The notes beneath the pieces were generated by a model. The model worked only from the letters and a program-made list of their open reading frames with translations. It did not search any database and was not told the DNA's origin. A program made the translations under genes and the position numbers. 62,663 nucleotides of DNA from Bacillota bacterium. GTDB taxonomy: Bacteria; Bacillota; Clostridia; Acetivibrionales; DTU013. Positions 1-9,102 of the stretch are shown one piece after another. The stretch is from assembly GCA_023409615.1 (NCBI GenBank), contig JAEYRF010000163.1, forward strand, positions 1 to 62,663, read 5' to 3'. Every line of letters begins with the position of its first letter. Within the stretch, counting starts at the first letter, position 1.

Positions 1-51
1 TGCAGAAAAAATTTTTAGAGACCATTCTCATACAACATTCTTAAAAAGCAG

Positions 52-96
52 AAAAGAGGCGCAAACCTTGAAATTTCAACGTTTATCGCCTCTTTT
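52..96 (+). terminator. Intrinsic terminator-like hairpin after a + strand gene ending at or before the left window edge
   Basis: AAAAGAGGCG (52-61) pairs with CGCCTCTTTT (87-96). There is an inner palindrome TTGAAATTTCAA and a T-rich tail. Confidence 0.5.
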
Positions 97-247
97 ATAT
101 TCTTCAACTGTCAAACTCGGGATAATATTAACATTCATAGCCTTGTCAGTCAATCCATGCCACTTTATACCCTGCCGGGAAGCTATACCATCGCATTTGT
201 AAGTTCTCTTTGGAGTATACCGCAAAGATCTGAGCTCTGTGAAAGTA

Positions 248-275
248 TTGTATTCTTTTTACATTGTGCTATAAT
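248..275 (+). promoter_or_regulatory. Sigma-A-like promoter for the chemotaxis receptor gene
   Basis: -35 TTGTAT (248-253), 16-nt spacer ending in TGc, -10 TATAAT (270-275), about 75 nt upstream of the ATG at 351. Confidence 0.4.
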
Positions 276-350
276 TTTTATAGTATATTTTGCACAAACT
301 ATAAAATTAACCATTTTCTGAATTGAATAATATCTTCAAGGAGATTAGTT

Positions 351-1868
351 ATGGACAAGCAAACATTTATCCTTTTGAATGACAAAGAAGTAAACAAGCT
401 AGCTTCGACACTCCTGCTTATAATATGTTTTGTTGTCTTTCCTCTTCTGATTATTCTGACAATCATAAAACTCTTCAATATTGACATGACCCAATTAACA
501 GTCTTTACAATTATCAGCTTTGTCCTGGTACTTTTGAACTTCTTCCTTGCCCGAAAAGACATCAATCCTGTTTATGTAAAGTATTTAAATATTTTTATTA
601 GTACCATGATTATTGGAATGCTGGCAACAAATAATGATATCGGCATTAATATAACCTATATTTTCCCGTTAATTATATGCTGCCTTTATTATGACAGGAA
701 GCTTACATTTACTGCCTTTGGTATAGGAATTATCAGTTTGGGTGTTTCAAGATATTTTAGATTACAGTCAGTTAATGAATTGGAAGAATTTATTCCTTTA
801 TTCATAGGTTACATCCTTGAGTTTTTTACTATGTTTCTATTGTTCAACCTGCTTATGCGCCGCTTAAATAAAATGTTCAGTTCTCTTGTGGACTCTGAGC
901 AGCAAAAGCAGATTCTGGATGCGCTGGCCTCCGTGTCGGAAAAATCAAAGAATGCCTCAGAGGTACTTTATGATTCCGTAAACCAGTTCTCATCTGCAAT
1001 TGACCAGACAGCAAAAGCAAACACCGAAATTGCAAGCAATGCGATGTCGGCAGTGAATAGCTGTAAGGATAATCTTCAATATGTACAGACATCTTCCAAT
1101 ACAATTATCAGTATTTCTCAAGATTTGGAAACCGTATCAGTCAAGTCGTCTGAAATGGCTGAAGTGTTCAAATCGAGCTATTCAGCTACGCAACAGAGCA
1201 AGGAATATATGGATAGCACAATACAGGACATGAGTATTATTGAAAAATCAACAGTTGATACAAGACAGGTCATGACTTCTTTATTAGAAACCACACGTGA
1301 AATTAACAGCATCCTGGATATGATCAGTTCCATTTCAAACCAGACAAATCTTCTGGCACTTAATGCTTCTATTGAATCTGCAAGAGCCGGAGAGGCCGGA
1401 AAAGGTTTTGCTGTTGTTGCAGATGAAATAAGAAAGCTGGCGGAACAATCCGGAAAGGCAACCAATAACATCGCAAAATTGATATCGGATTTACAGAAGA
1501 AAACAAATTCAGTATATGCTTCAGTTGATGTAGGAACCGAAACGATCAAAACCTCAATTCAGAGAGTAATGAAAACTGCAGAGAAATTTGATGAATTACA
1601 GAATCTTCAGGATACTCTTAAATCCAAGGTGAATGAAATAGAGTTGGTCTCCATGAATTCTTCTTCAAATAGCAAGCAGCTTACGGATGTTATATCAAAA
1701 ATCAGCAGCCTTGTAGATAGCTCCCTGGGTGAAATACAATCCATAGCAGGTGCAACACAGGAACAAGCTGCTACTATGGAAGAAGTCTCGGCATCATTTA
1801 CTTCCATTGAAGATATTGCATCAAGCTTGAAAAATTTGAATGAGGAATTAGCAAGCTTAAAAACATAG
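351..1868 (+). CDS. Methyl-accepting chemotaxis protein with a polytopic membrane N-terminus
   Basis: Contains the canonical MCP signalling hairpin [38 protein letters not shown]. The N-terminal ~170 aa are several hydrophobic helices with no large extracellular domain. RBS AAGGAGA lies upstream. Confidence 0.9.
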   Translation: MDKQTFILLNDKEVNKLASTLLLIICFVVFPLLIILTIIKLFNIDMTQLTVFTIISFVLVLLNFFLARKDINPVYVKYLNIFISTMIIGMLATNNDIGINITYIFPLIICCLYYDRKLTFTAFGIGIISLGVSRYFRLQSVNELEEFIPLFIGYILEFFTMFLLFNLLMRRLNKMFSSLVDSEQQKQILDALASVSEKSKNASEVLYDSVNQFSSAIDQTAKANTEIASNAMSAVNSCKDNLQYVQTSSNTIISISQDLETVSVKSSEMAEVFKSSYSATQQSKEYMDSTIQDMSIIEKSTVDTRQVMTSLLETTREINSILDMISSISNQTNLLALNASIESARAGEAGKGFAVVADEIRKLAEQSGKATNNIAKLISDLQKKTNSVYASVDVGTETIKTSIQRVMKTAEKFDELQNLQDTLKSKVNEIELVSMNSSSNSKQLTDVISKISSLVDSSLGEIQSIAGATQEQAATMEEVSASFTSIEDIASSLKNLNEELASLKT

Positions 1869-2699
1869 ATTTCTGCGGACATCCTCCCTGAATCTATCAA
1901 TATAACCCATGATATATTCGCAGATATCCATCCCTTTATCAGTCACAAGTGGCGTCAAATCCATTGCAAATGACAGTTCGGAAGCCTCGTCGGTAGCATG
2001 GAATGCATAATATGTAGCATTTCCGGTTCTCCTGCCCTGTGATGCAAGGTCGTAGCGTTTACCTCCGCAGATCTGGGAGTCGAATACACCCAACACAGCG
2101 GCAGCTATATTAGGATGGCCGGAAACATCGAACATGACCTTTTCCTCGTCATTCATCCAGTCCAGATTCCGCCAGACCTCACACCCGTAGACTTTCTGCG
2201 GTAGTGATTCCTCAGGAATCTCTCGCAGAGCCCTTATGACCTTTATCGCCGTAGCTACATGGGTGGGGTGCTTATCAGCAAGATTATGCGTATATACCAC
2301 CTGCGGCTTTGCAGCCAGGATTAGCTCTCTGACTTCATCAGATACTTCTGTATTTGCAGGATCCTTTACATCATAACTGCTGTAATCCATCAGTGCCAAT
2401 GCGGAATACTCACCAACAAAAGCTGCCTTCTTCTGCTCGAGCTTCCTGACCTGCTGCATACGTTCGTCGGAAAAATCTTCATAGAGTCCATTCCTGGGGC
2501 TTCCTGCGCCATTTGTGACAACTGCCGCCATGAACCAGCTGTCCTCTCTGCCAAAGCACTTGCTTATTCCGTCATACGCCATGATCTCGATATCATCGTG
2601 ATGTGCGGATATGGCCATGTGCGTTGTTCTTGCTATGGCATCCTCATGAAACATATTGTCAGGAATAAATATTTCAGCGCCTGCCTTTTTAAGTTTCAT
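1857..2699 (-). CDS. PIG-L/LmbE family deacetylase
   Basis: AHHDDIEI motif (the AHPDD-type zinc site of PIG-L) and a downstream HPTHVAT motif. RBS AGGAGA. The 3' end overlaps the convergent MCP gene by 12 nt. Confidence 0.7.
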   Translation of the reverse strand: MKLKKAGAEIFIPDNMFHEDAIARTTHMAISAHHDDIEIMAYDGISKCFGREDSWFMAAVVTNGAGSPRNGLYEDFSDERMQQVRKLEQKKAAFVGEYSALALMDYSSYDVKDPANTEVSDEVRELILAAKPQVVYTHNLADKHPTHVATAIKVIRALREIPEESLPQKVYGCEVWRNLDWMNDEEKVMFDVSGHPNIAAAVLGVFDSQICGGKRYDLASQGRRTGNATYYAFHATDEASELSFAMDLTPLVTDKGMDICEYIMGYIDRFREDVRRNLCF

Positions 2700-2860
2700 A
2701 TGATTTCTCCTAATCTGTCAAATTTAGTATGTGATCCTCTATCAAATATATCCAATTTGATCGGTTTAGTAAAGACCGCATAAGACAAAAAAGCGTCTGC
2801 TCCCGTATAATATATGTACTACGTATAAATAAAATTAAATATGTAAGGGAGACTAATCTT

Positions 2861-5800
2861 ATGAAAAAAGTACTATCGTTTACATTGGCACTTGTACTGC
2901 TTTTAAGCATGTGTTTACAGCTTACCGCAGTAAACGCCGCATCAATTGACCTAAAGCCGCTTCCTCAGATCGGCGAGGTGATTTCCGGCTTTGAAACAAT
3001 CTCAATAAATGACATGGACCTTATTAATTCAAAAACTGTCCTTTTCGAGCATAAAAAAACCGGAGCACAGCTTCTCTACATACAAAGCAATGATATCGAC
3101 AGATCATTTGATATTGCCTTTAAAACACCTGCAGTTGACGATACTGGAGTAAATCATATTATGGAACACATCTCCGTATCAGGCTCGAAAAAATATCCGC
3201 TGAAGAATGTCCTGTTTACCATCGCCAATCAGACCTACAGTACATTTATCAATGCATTTACCTATCCAACTATAACTCAGTACCCCGTATCTTCAATGAG
3301 CGAAGAGCAGTTACTGAAACTGGCCGACGTTTATATGGATTGTGCGTATAATCCCTCTGTCTATGACGACAAAAACATCTTCCTCAGAGAGGCCTGGAGA
3401 TACGAAATGGCAGATGCCGATGCCCCTCTGACTATAAGCGGTACGGTTTATAACGAGATGAAGGGTGCGTTGGGAAATATATCATCAGCGGCACGTAACA
3501 ATGTCATGGATGTTTTGTTTCCGGATAGCGTACAATCCAACATCTCCGGCGGAGATCCGGAAAAAATAAAGGATCTGACATATGAACAGCTCATTAATAC
3601 CCATCAGACATATTATCATCCGTCGAATTCACTGATGGTACTTTACGGTGACGTTGATTACAGTAAGTTTCTGAAGATGATCGATGACAATTACCTTAGC
3701 GAGTATGATAAAAAGAACATCGATGTAGATGATGGGAAAATCACCCCATTACAAAAAAGATCAGAAAAAACCTTCAAATTCCCGGTTGCCGCTGCATCAA
3801 ATACAACGAATGCAGCACAAATAGATTATGCGTATGCCTTGACAGATGTTCCCGAAGAAGATCTGGTAGGACTGATCATTCTGACCACTATTCTCAATCA
3901 GGATTCCTCACCGCTTAAACAGGCATTTATGGGCAAGCAGATTGGTGGAAATCTTTATGTCGAACTCAATAACAGTATCGCACAGCCGGTCCTGACTTTT
4001 TCCGTACAGGGCGCTGATGAGAAAAAAGCTAATGAATTCAAGATACTGGTAGATGACTGTATCAGCGATCTGGTCAAAAGCGGGTACGATAAAGAACTCG
4101 TCGATGCCACAATATCTGCTGTACTGCTTAGCAACTCAAATATTACAGAATCCGGGAACCTTGGTGTCAATCTCTCTACATCAATAGCCATGATGTGGGC
4201 AAATAGTAATAACATGTACTACTTGAGTAATTTGCTGCAGAATATTAATAATATATCTAAAAAGGTCAGCAATAATTACATGGAAGACCTGACCACCAGG
4301 TACATTCAAAGCAACAACCATGCAGCTTTAGTTACTACGGTCCCCGAGGCAGGGCTTGCTGAAAAGCAATCCGAACAGAACCAGCAGTACCTTGCAGGAC
4401 TGAAAGCCTCTATGAGCACACAGGAGATTGAGAAAATAGTAAGCGATACTGCATCCTATAATGCATGGAACAACGAACAAGCAGATCAGGAAGATCAGAA
4501 AATCCTGAAAGACCTTCAGGTGGTGAAGGTTTCAGATTTGCCTGTAGAAGTGAAAAAATATGATATTAAAGATACTCCATCCACTGATGGCATGAGGATC
4601 CTGTCAGCAACTGCAAACGTCGGCGAGACCGGGCTCACCTCCCTGGCATTTGATACTTCGTCTGTTCCTGTTGAAAAGCTTCACTACTTGACGCTGTACT
4701 CCGGTCTACTTGGAAAACTCGATACCGAAAAGTACACAAGAGAGCAGCTCAATACTAAAATAATGAGATATCTGAACGGTACATCATTTGCTCTATCAAC
4801 ATTGCCTGAGGAAGATTGGGATGAATTCACCCCGCTAATGGTAACCTCATGGATGGGACTGATGAATGAGTATGATGAGCAGCTGGATCTCGTTAAAGAA
4901 ATACTGCTCAATACAAAATTTGATGATGTTGACACAATTCTCAGCTTTGTAAAACAACAAATCACATCGTTAAAAAGTCAGTTTGTAAACAACCCGGTAA
5001 GTCTGCTTATAAACCGCAATTTGGCTCTTTCAAATAATTGCAGCAACTATTCAAGTTATATTTCAGGCCTGGACTACTATAATTTCCTCGTCCAGTTAGA
5101 GCAATTACTTCAGGCAGATCCCAACACCGTATTGACCGAGCTTGATTCCCTTCATAAGCTGGTCCTGAATAGGACGAATATGATTACTATGTTTTCCGGC
5201 AATGAAGACAGTATCAAGAAATATGAGAAGTCAATTAAGACTCTGACAGATGCATTACCGGTAAAAGCTATCTCAGCTCAGGACTATTCAAAGCTGCCAG
5301 CACCTGCACAAAGAGAAGGAATCGCGATGGATACCCCAGTCCAGTATAATATGATTTCTGCCAACTATGAAGATATGGGTATTGAGTATAGCGGCAAATA
5401 TATTCCGATTGGATCTGTCATAAATGAGAACTACATCACACCTAAGATCAGATTTGGATATGGTGCTTACGACAACATTGTGGATTTCGGTGTAACTGCA
5501 TTTATGCTAGTCTCATACCGTGATCCTAATATAAAAGAAACCTTTGATGTATATAAGGGACTGCCCGAGTTTGTAAAAAACATTGAAATCACTCAGGAGG
5601 AACTGGATAGGTACATATTGAAAGCATTCAGCGCTTATTCCTCTACAATCGGTGAGTTGAACGGATCATCCAGTGAAATCAACAACTACTTAATGGGTAA
5701 AACCACAGAGGATCGATTAAAATTACTGCGTGAAATAAAGTCCGCAACAGTTCAGGATGTCAAAAATTCAGCAGTTATATTTGAAAATTTCCTGAAAAAC

Positions 5801-6274
5801 GGAGCTTATTCAACCGTAGGCAGTGCTGAAAAAATAAGTGCTAATAAGGAATTGTATGAATCAATCATCTCCTTCGGTCAGGATAACACAGATGAATCCC
5901 TTACAAGAGCACAATTCTGCGAATTGATGCTTGCCGGTGTACCAAACCCTGTGGAAGTCGCTAAACAACAGGGGTTATTGTTGGGAGATGGAAAAGGAAA
6001 CTATAATGAGGACGGCAAGCTGACAATGGAGCAGCTCGCTGTAATTGTCAGCAGATTGGTCGCTATGAATGGCACGCAACTGAGCGGAGACGAGGTAATC
6101 ATAGCTGATGACGCTAATATTAGTTCCTGGGCAAAAAGCAGCGTCAAAGCACTTGTTGATTCCGGCATTATGAAGCTTGATTCCAAAGGCAATTTCAACC
6201 CTCAGGGTGAGGTCACAGCTTCAGCCGTTCAAACCCTCATGGTAGATTTAATTAGCAAATTATCAGGAAATTAA
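2861..6274 (+). CDS. Secreted M16 (insulinase/PreP-like) zinc metallopeptidase with C-terminal SLH-like repeats
   Basis: Signal peptide MKKVLSFTLALVLLLSMCLQLTAVNA. Inverted zinc motif HIMEH (HxxEH) at nt 3155-3169. The last ~126 aa (nt 5894-6271) resemble two SLH repeats (ISSWAKSSVKALVDSGIMK...FNPQGEVT). RBS AAGGGAG. Confidence 0.8.
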   Translation: MKKVLSFTLALVLLLSMCLQLTAVNAASIDLKPLPQIGEVISGFETISINDMDLINSKTVLFEHKKTGAQLLYIQSNDIDRSFDIAFKTPAVDDTGVNHIMEHISVSGSKKYPLKNVLFTIANQTYSTFINAFTYPTITQYPVSSMSEEQLLKLADVYMDCAYNPSVYDDKNIFLREAWRYEMADADAPLTISGTVYNEMKGALGNISSAARNNVMDVLFPDSVQSNISGGDPEKIKDLTYEQLINTHQTYYHPSNSLMVLYGDVDYSKFLKMIDDNYLSEYDKKNIDVDDGKITPLQKRSEKTFKFPVAAASNTTNAAQIDYAYALTDVPEEDLVGLIILTTILNQDSSPLKQAFMGKQIGGNLYVELNNSIAQPVLTFSVQGADEKKANEFKILVDDCISDLVKSGYDKELVDATISAVLLSNSNITESGNLGVNLSTSIAMMWANSNNMYYLSNLLQNINNISKKVSNNYMEDLTTRYIQSNNHAALVTTVPEAGLAEKQSEQNQQYLAGLKASMSTQEIEKIVSDTASYNAWNNEQADQEDQKILKDLQVVKVSDLPVEVKKYDIKDTPSTDGMRILSATANVGETGLTSLAFDTSSVPVEKLHYLTLYSGLLGKLDTEKYTREQLNTKIMRYLNGTSFALSTLPEEDWDEFTPLMVTSWMGLMNEYDEQLDLVKEILLNTKFDDVDTILSFVKQQITSLKSQFVNNPVSLLINRNLALSNNCSNYSSYISGLDYYNFLVQLEQLLQADPNTVLTELDSLHKLVLNRTNMITMFSGNEDSIKKYEKSIKTLTDALPVKAISAQDYSKLPAPAQREGIAMDTPVQYNMISANYEDMGIEYSGKYIPIGSVINENYITPKIRFGYGAYDNIVDFGVTAFMLVSYRDPNIKETFDVYKGLPEFVKNIEITQEELDRYILKAFSAYSSTIGELNGSSSEINNYLMGKTTEDRLKLLREIKSATVQDVKNSAVIFENFLKNGAYSTVGSAEKISANKELYESIISFGQDNTDESLTRAQFCELMLAGVPNPVEVAKQQGLLLGDGKGNYNEDGKLTMEQLAVIVSRLVAMNGTQLSGDEVIIADDANISSWAKSSVKALVDSGIMKLDSKGNFNPQGEVTASAVQTLMVDLISKLSGN

Positions 6275-6285
6275 GTCTATATGAT

Positions 6286-6320
6286 AAACGGGATAGTCAC
6301 AAGAGACTATCCCGTTTTTT
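6286..6320 (+). terminator. Rho-independent terminator of the M16 peptidase gene
   Basis: Perfect 13-bp stem AAACGGGATAGTC / GACTATCCCGTTT, 6-nt loop, followed by a T run. Confidence 0.85.
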
Positions 6321-6387
6321 CTTTTAGTATTCTATAATCTGCTCATCTATTCTTCTGACCACCGAATGAAATCCCTTATTGCGGTTT

Positions 6388-6416
6388 TTGTAAAAGTCAG
6401 TTATGATACCTATAAT
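6388..6416 (+). promoter_or_regulatory. Sigma-A-like promoter of the HAD hydrolase gene
   Basis: -35 TTGTAA (6388-6393), 17-nt spacer, -10 TATAAT (6411-6416). It lies inside the 5' extension of the tracked ORF, which argues for the ATG at 6445. Confidence 0.5.
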
Positions 6417-6444
6417 TAATGCTGACATTGGCAAGGGAGGTACC

Positions 6445-7218
6445 ATGGAAAAGCTGAGAGCGAAAAAGGGATTTATATGCGATATGGACGGCGTTATCTA
6501 TAAGGGTAACCAACTGATTCCTGGTGTAAAGGAGTTCGTCGACTGGTTGTACAGAGAAGATAAGAAATTCTTATTTCTCACTAATGCCAGCGGAAAATCA
6601 CCAAAAGAACTGCAACAAAAACTCCACCGCATGGGACTTGATGTAGCCGAAGAACACTTTTATACCAGTGCGCTGGCAACAGCAAAGTTTTTAAGCAGCC
6701 AGCACCCGGGATGCAGCGCATTTGTGATCGGCGAGTCAGGGCTATACACTGCTCTGCATGATGTGGGTATCACCGCAAATGATGTTGATCCTGATTATGT
6801 TGTAGTTGGCGAGACAAACAACTACAATTACGACAGTATAACCCGCGCAATGAAGCATATTTATAATGGAGCGAAGCTGATCGGCACAAATACCGACCTT
6901 ACAGGACCTTCAGAATATGGGATTGTTCCCGCCTGCCGTGCGCTGGTATCACCAATCGAAGCTACCACCGGCAAGAGCGCATATTATGTTGGTAAACCTA
7001 ACCCATTGATGATGCGAACAGGGCTTCGCATGCTGGATGTCCATTCTGAGGAAGCCGCTATGATTGGAGATCGTATGGATACAGATATCATTGCAGGTAT
7101 CGAAAGCGGTCTTGATCCAATTCTTGTCTTGACCGGTGTAACAACACTGGAAAATATGGAACGATATCCTTATCGTCCAAGGTTGATTTTAAGCGGTGTC
7201 GGCGATATACCAGGCTAA
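6445..7218 (+). CDS. HAD-IIA family (NagD-like) sugar phosphatase
   Basis: DxD nucleophile motif FICDMDGVIY and a C-terminal GDRMDTDI motif. RBS AAGGGAGG lies 5 nt before the ATG at 6445, so the tracked start at 6403 is rejected. Confidence 0.8.
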   Translation: MEKLRAKKGFICDMDGVIYKGNQLIPGVKEFVDWLYREDKKFLFLTNASGKSPKELQQKLHRMGLDVAEEHFYTSALATAKFLSSQHPGCSAFVIGESGLYTALHDVGITANDVDPDYVVVGETNNYNYDSITRAMKHIYNGAKLIGTNTDLTGPSEYGIVPACRALVSPIEATTGKSAYYVGKPNPLMMRTGLRMLDVHSEEAAMIGDRMDTDIIAGIESGLDPILVLTGVTTLENMERYPYRPRLILSGVGDIPG

Positions 7219-7223
7219 TATAG

Positions 7224-7273
7224 AAAACTCCCGTCCATGAAACTTCACAGTTAAAAATGGAAGGGAGTTTTTA
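7224..7273. terminator. Bidirectional terminator between convergent genes
   Basis: AAAACTCCCGTCCAT ... ATGGAAGGGAGTTTT, about 15 bp with one mismatch. A-run and T-run flanks allow it to work on both strands. Confidence 0.7.
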
Positions 7274-7275
7274 TT

Positions 7276-8103
7276 TCACTTTAAGATAGCACCTGCTGTG
7301 AGAGCGTTCTCGATCTGCTCATTTCCAAGCATATATACGATAATCGTGGGCAGGCTTGTAATAATCATAGCTGCTCCAATCTGCCCCCAATGAGATACGC
7401 CGATGCTTACGAAGAAATTTAGCAATCCCACTGTCAAAGGTCTGATCTTGTCTTCTGCAGCCAGTATAAAAGCGAGGAAGAATTCATTGTATGTGTTCAT
7501 AAATATCAGCACACATTGAGTTGCAATTGCAGGCTTAATTACCGGCAAGATAATACGGAAATATGTTTGATAAATATTACAGCCGTCCATACAAGCTGCC
7601 TCTTCAAGTTCCTTCGGCAAGCTCCTGAAAAATGCAAACAGCATCAGGACACACGATGATAACGCAAAGGCAGAATACGGAAGAATCAGACTTAAGTGTG
7701 TGCCTTTGAGTCCGATGTTCTTTACCATAATAAGAATCGGTATAATAACAACCTGGGCAGGCACGACCAGTCCCATTGCAATATAACTCATCGCAAAACC
7801 TCTGTATTTCCAGTTCATTCTGCTTAAGCAGTAAGCAAACATACTCCCCAAAAATACTGTCAGAACAATCGTGCTTATAGAATAAATCAAACTGTTGGAT
7901 AAATATCTTAAGAAATTAAATTTTTCAAGTGCATCTCCATAGTTATTAAAAACCCATTCCTTCGGAAGACCAAAAGGATTGTTATACACCTCACTCTTTG
8001 ACTTGAATGAGATATTGACCATCCAGTACAGCGGGAAAAGAAAAGATGCGCCGATCAGTATCATTAAGCCACTCACAAGCAAACTGAGTTTGTTTTTTTT
8101 CAT
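7276..8103 (-). CDS. CUT1 ABC sugar transporter permease (MalG/AraQ-like)
   Basis: Six hydrophobic segments and the EAA loop EEAACMDGCNIYQTYFRIILP. Confidence 0.85.
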   Translation of the reverse strand: MKKNKLSLLVSGLMILIGASFLFPLYWMVNISFKSKSEVYNNPFGLPKEWVFNNYGDALEKFNFLRYLSNSLIYSISTIVLTVFLGSMFAYCLSRMNWKYRGFAMSYIAMGLVVPAQVVIIPILIMVKNIGLKGTHLSLILPYSAFALSSCVLMLFAFFRSLPKELEEAACMDGCNIYQTYFRIILPVIKPAIATQCVLIFMNTYNEFFLAFILAAEDKIRPLTVGLLNFFVSIGVSHWGQIGAAMIITSLPTIIVYMLGNEQIENALTAGAILK

Positions 8104-8121
8104 GATTGTTACACCATCCCG

Positions 8122-9006
8122 TTAAAACTCTATTTTTTCTCTTGCGACAAACCGGTTTATGAAAAATGTCATCACAAGACATTCCAGCACAAATATAATG
8201 GCAATTGCACAACCCTGACCGAAATCGGAGGCTGAAAACGCCTTGAAGAACAACTGATAAATTACCGTTCTTGACATATCGCCCGGACCGCCGCCAGTCA
8301 TTATTCTCACATGAGCAAATTGGGACATACACCCCAGTACCGATATGACCAGCAAATACTTAGTCACCTCTTGCAATAGAGGAATCGTAATTTTTAAACT
8401 TGTTCTGATGAAGCCGGCACCGTCGATTAAAGCTGCTTCGTAGTATGTCTTGGGGATCGCCTTAATACCTGTATAGAAAAGCAATGCATTCAAACCAAGG
8501 TATTGCCATAGGAATGCTGCCGTTATTGCCAATATTACCGTTCTCTTGTCAGAGAGCCATACCAAAGCCAGGCTATCCAGTCCAACAGCTCTTAATATGC
8601 TATTGATCAAGCCCCATTTTGGTTCATATATTGCAACCCACATCTGTGCTATTACTGTAACTGAAAGCACAGCGGGCAGTACGCTGCCTGCCTTGAAAAA
8701 CCTTCTCACCGACTCGCTCTGCCTATCCATTACCAATGCAAGTATCAAAGAAATCGGCAACCCGACACAGGTAGAAACCAACACGATGATTATAGTATTA
8801 AGATTCGATTTCCAAAAGGTCTTATCCTGAAAAACACTCATATAATTTGCAGTTCCGACATATCCCATATTCTTAAATCCATCGTTTTTCTGAAAGCTTA
8901 TTAAGATTTCCGGAAATAGCGGATAGATTACAAATGCAGTGAATAATAACAGTGTCGGAAAAGCAAACAGGAAAATTGCAAGCTTATTGCTGTAAAATTT
9001 GTTCAT
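8122..9006 (-). CDS. CUT1 ABC sugar transporter permease (MalF/AraP-like)
   Basis: EAA loop YEAALIDGAGFIRTSLKITIP. The start is moved to the ATG at 9006 (RBS AAGGTGA) because the first ATG at 9030 abuts a hairpin and has no spacer. Confidence 0.8.
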   Translation of the reverse strand: MNKFYSNKLAIFLFAFPTLLLFTAFVIYPLFPEILISFQKNDGFKNMGYVGTANYMSVFQDKTFWKSNLNTIIIVLVSTCVGLPISLILALVMDRQSESVRRFFKAGSVLPAVLSVTVIAQMWVAIYEPKWGLINSILRAVGLDSLALVWLSDKRTVILAITAAFLWQYLGLNALLFYTGIKAIPKTYYEAALIDGAGFIRTSLKITIPLLQEVTKYLLVISVLGCMSQFAHVRIMTGGGPGDMSRTVIYQLFFKAFSASDFGQGCAIAIIFVLECLVMTFFINRFVAREKIEF

Positions 9007-9030
9007 ATATGTCACCTTATTAGCCAACAT

Positions 9031-9056
9031 CCCTATATGAGATGACTCATATAGGG
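9031..9056 (-). other. Intercistronic stem-loop after the SBP gene
   Basis: Perfect 11-bp stem CCCTATATGAG / CTCATATAGGG with a 4-nt loop and no U tract. Probably a stabiliser or partial terminator between the SBP and permease cistrons. Confidence 0.5.
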
Positions 9057-9102
9057 ATGCTGCCTATGAATTTATATTTCCCTAATAGCCTTACACTTTG
9101 AA

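Noticed and set aside
97-245. Open minus-strand frame reading ...RYTPKRTYKCDGIASRQGIKWHGLTDKAMNVNIIPSLTVEEYKRGDKR*, considered as a transposase or HNH-type gene remnant.
   Set aside because: It has no start codon, no motif I can name, and is bounded by a stop ~60 codons upstream. It overlaps the terminator and promoter region.
299-565. Tracked 88-aa minus-strand ORF, together with the many other 60-160-aa ORFs in the track that lie antisense or out of frame within long genes (for example 877-1104, 3955-4215, 8546-8830, 13508-13816, 22814-23467, 37511-37996, 52982-53617).
   Set aside because: They are fully embedded in much longer ORFs that carry recognisable family motifs. They lack ribosome-binding sites and have low-complexity or odd composition, as expected for shadow ORFs.
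6403-6444. 14-codon extension of the HAD hydrolase ORF.
   Set aside because: A -10 box (6411-6416) lies inside the extension, and a strong AAGGGAGG precedes the ATG at 6445.
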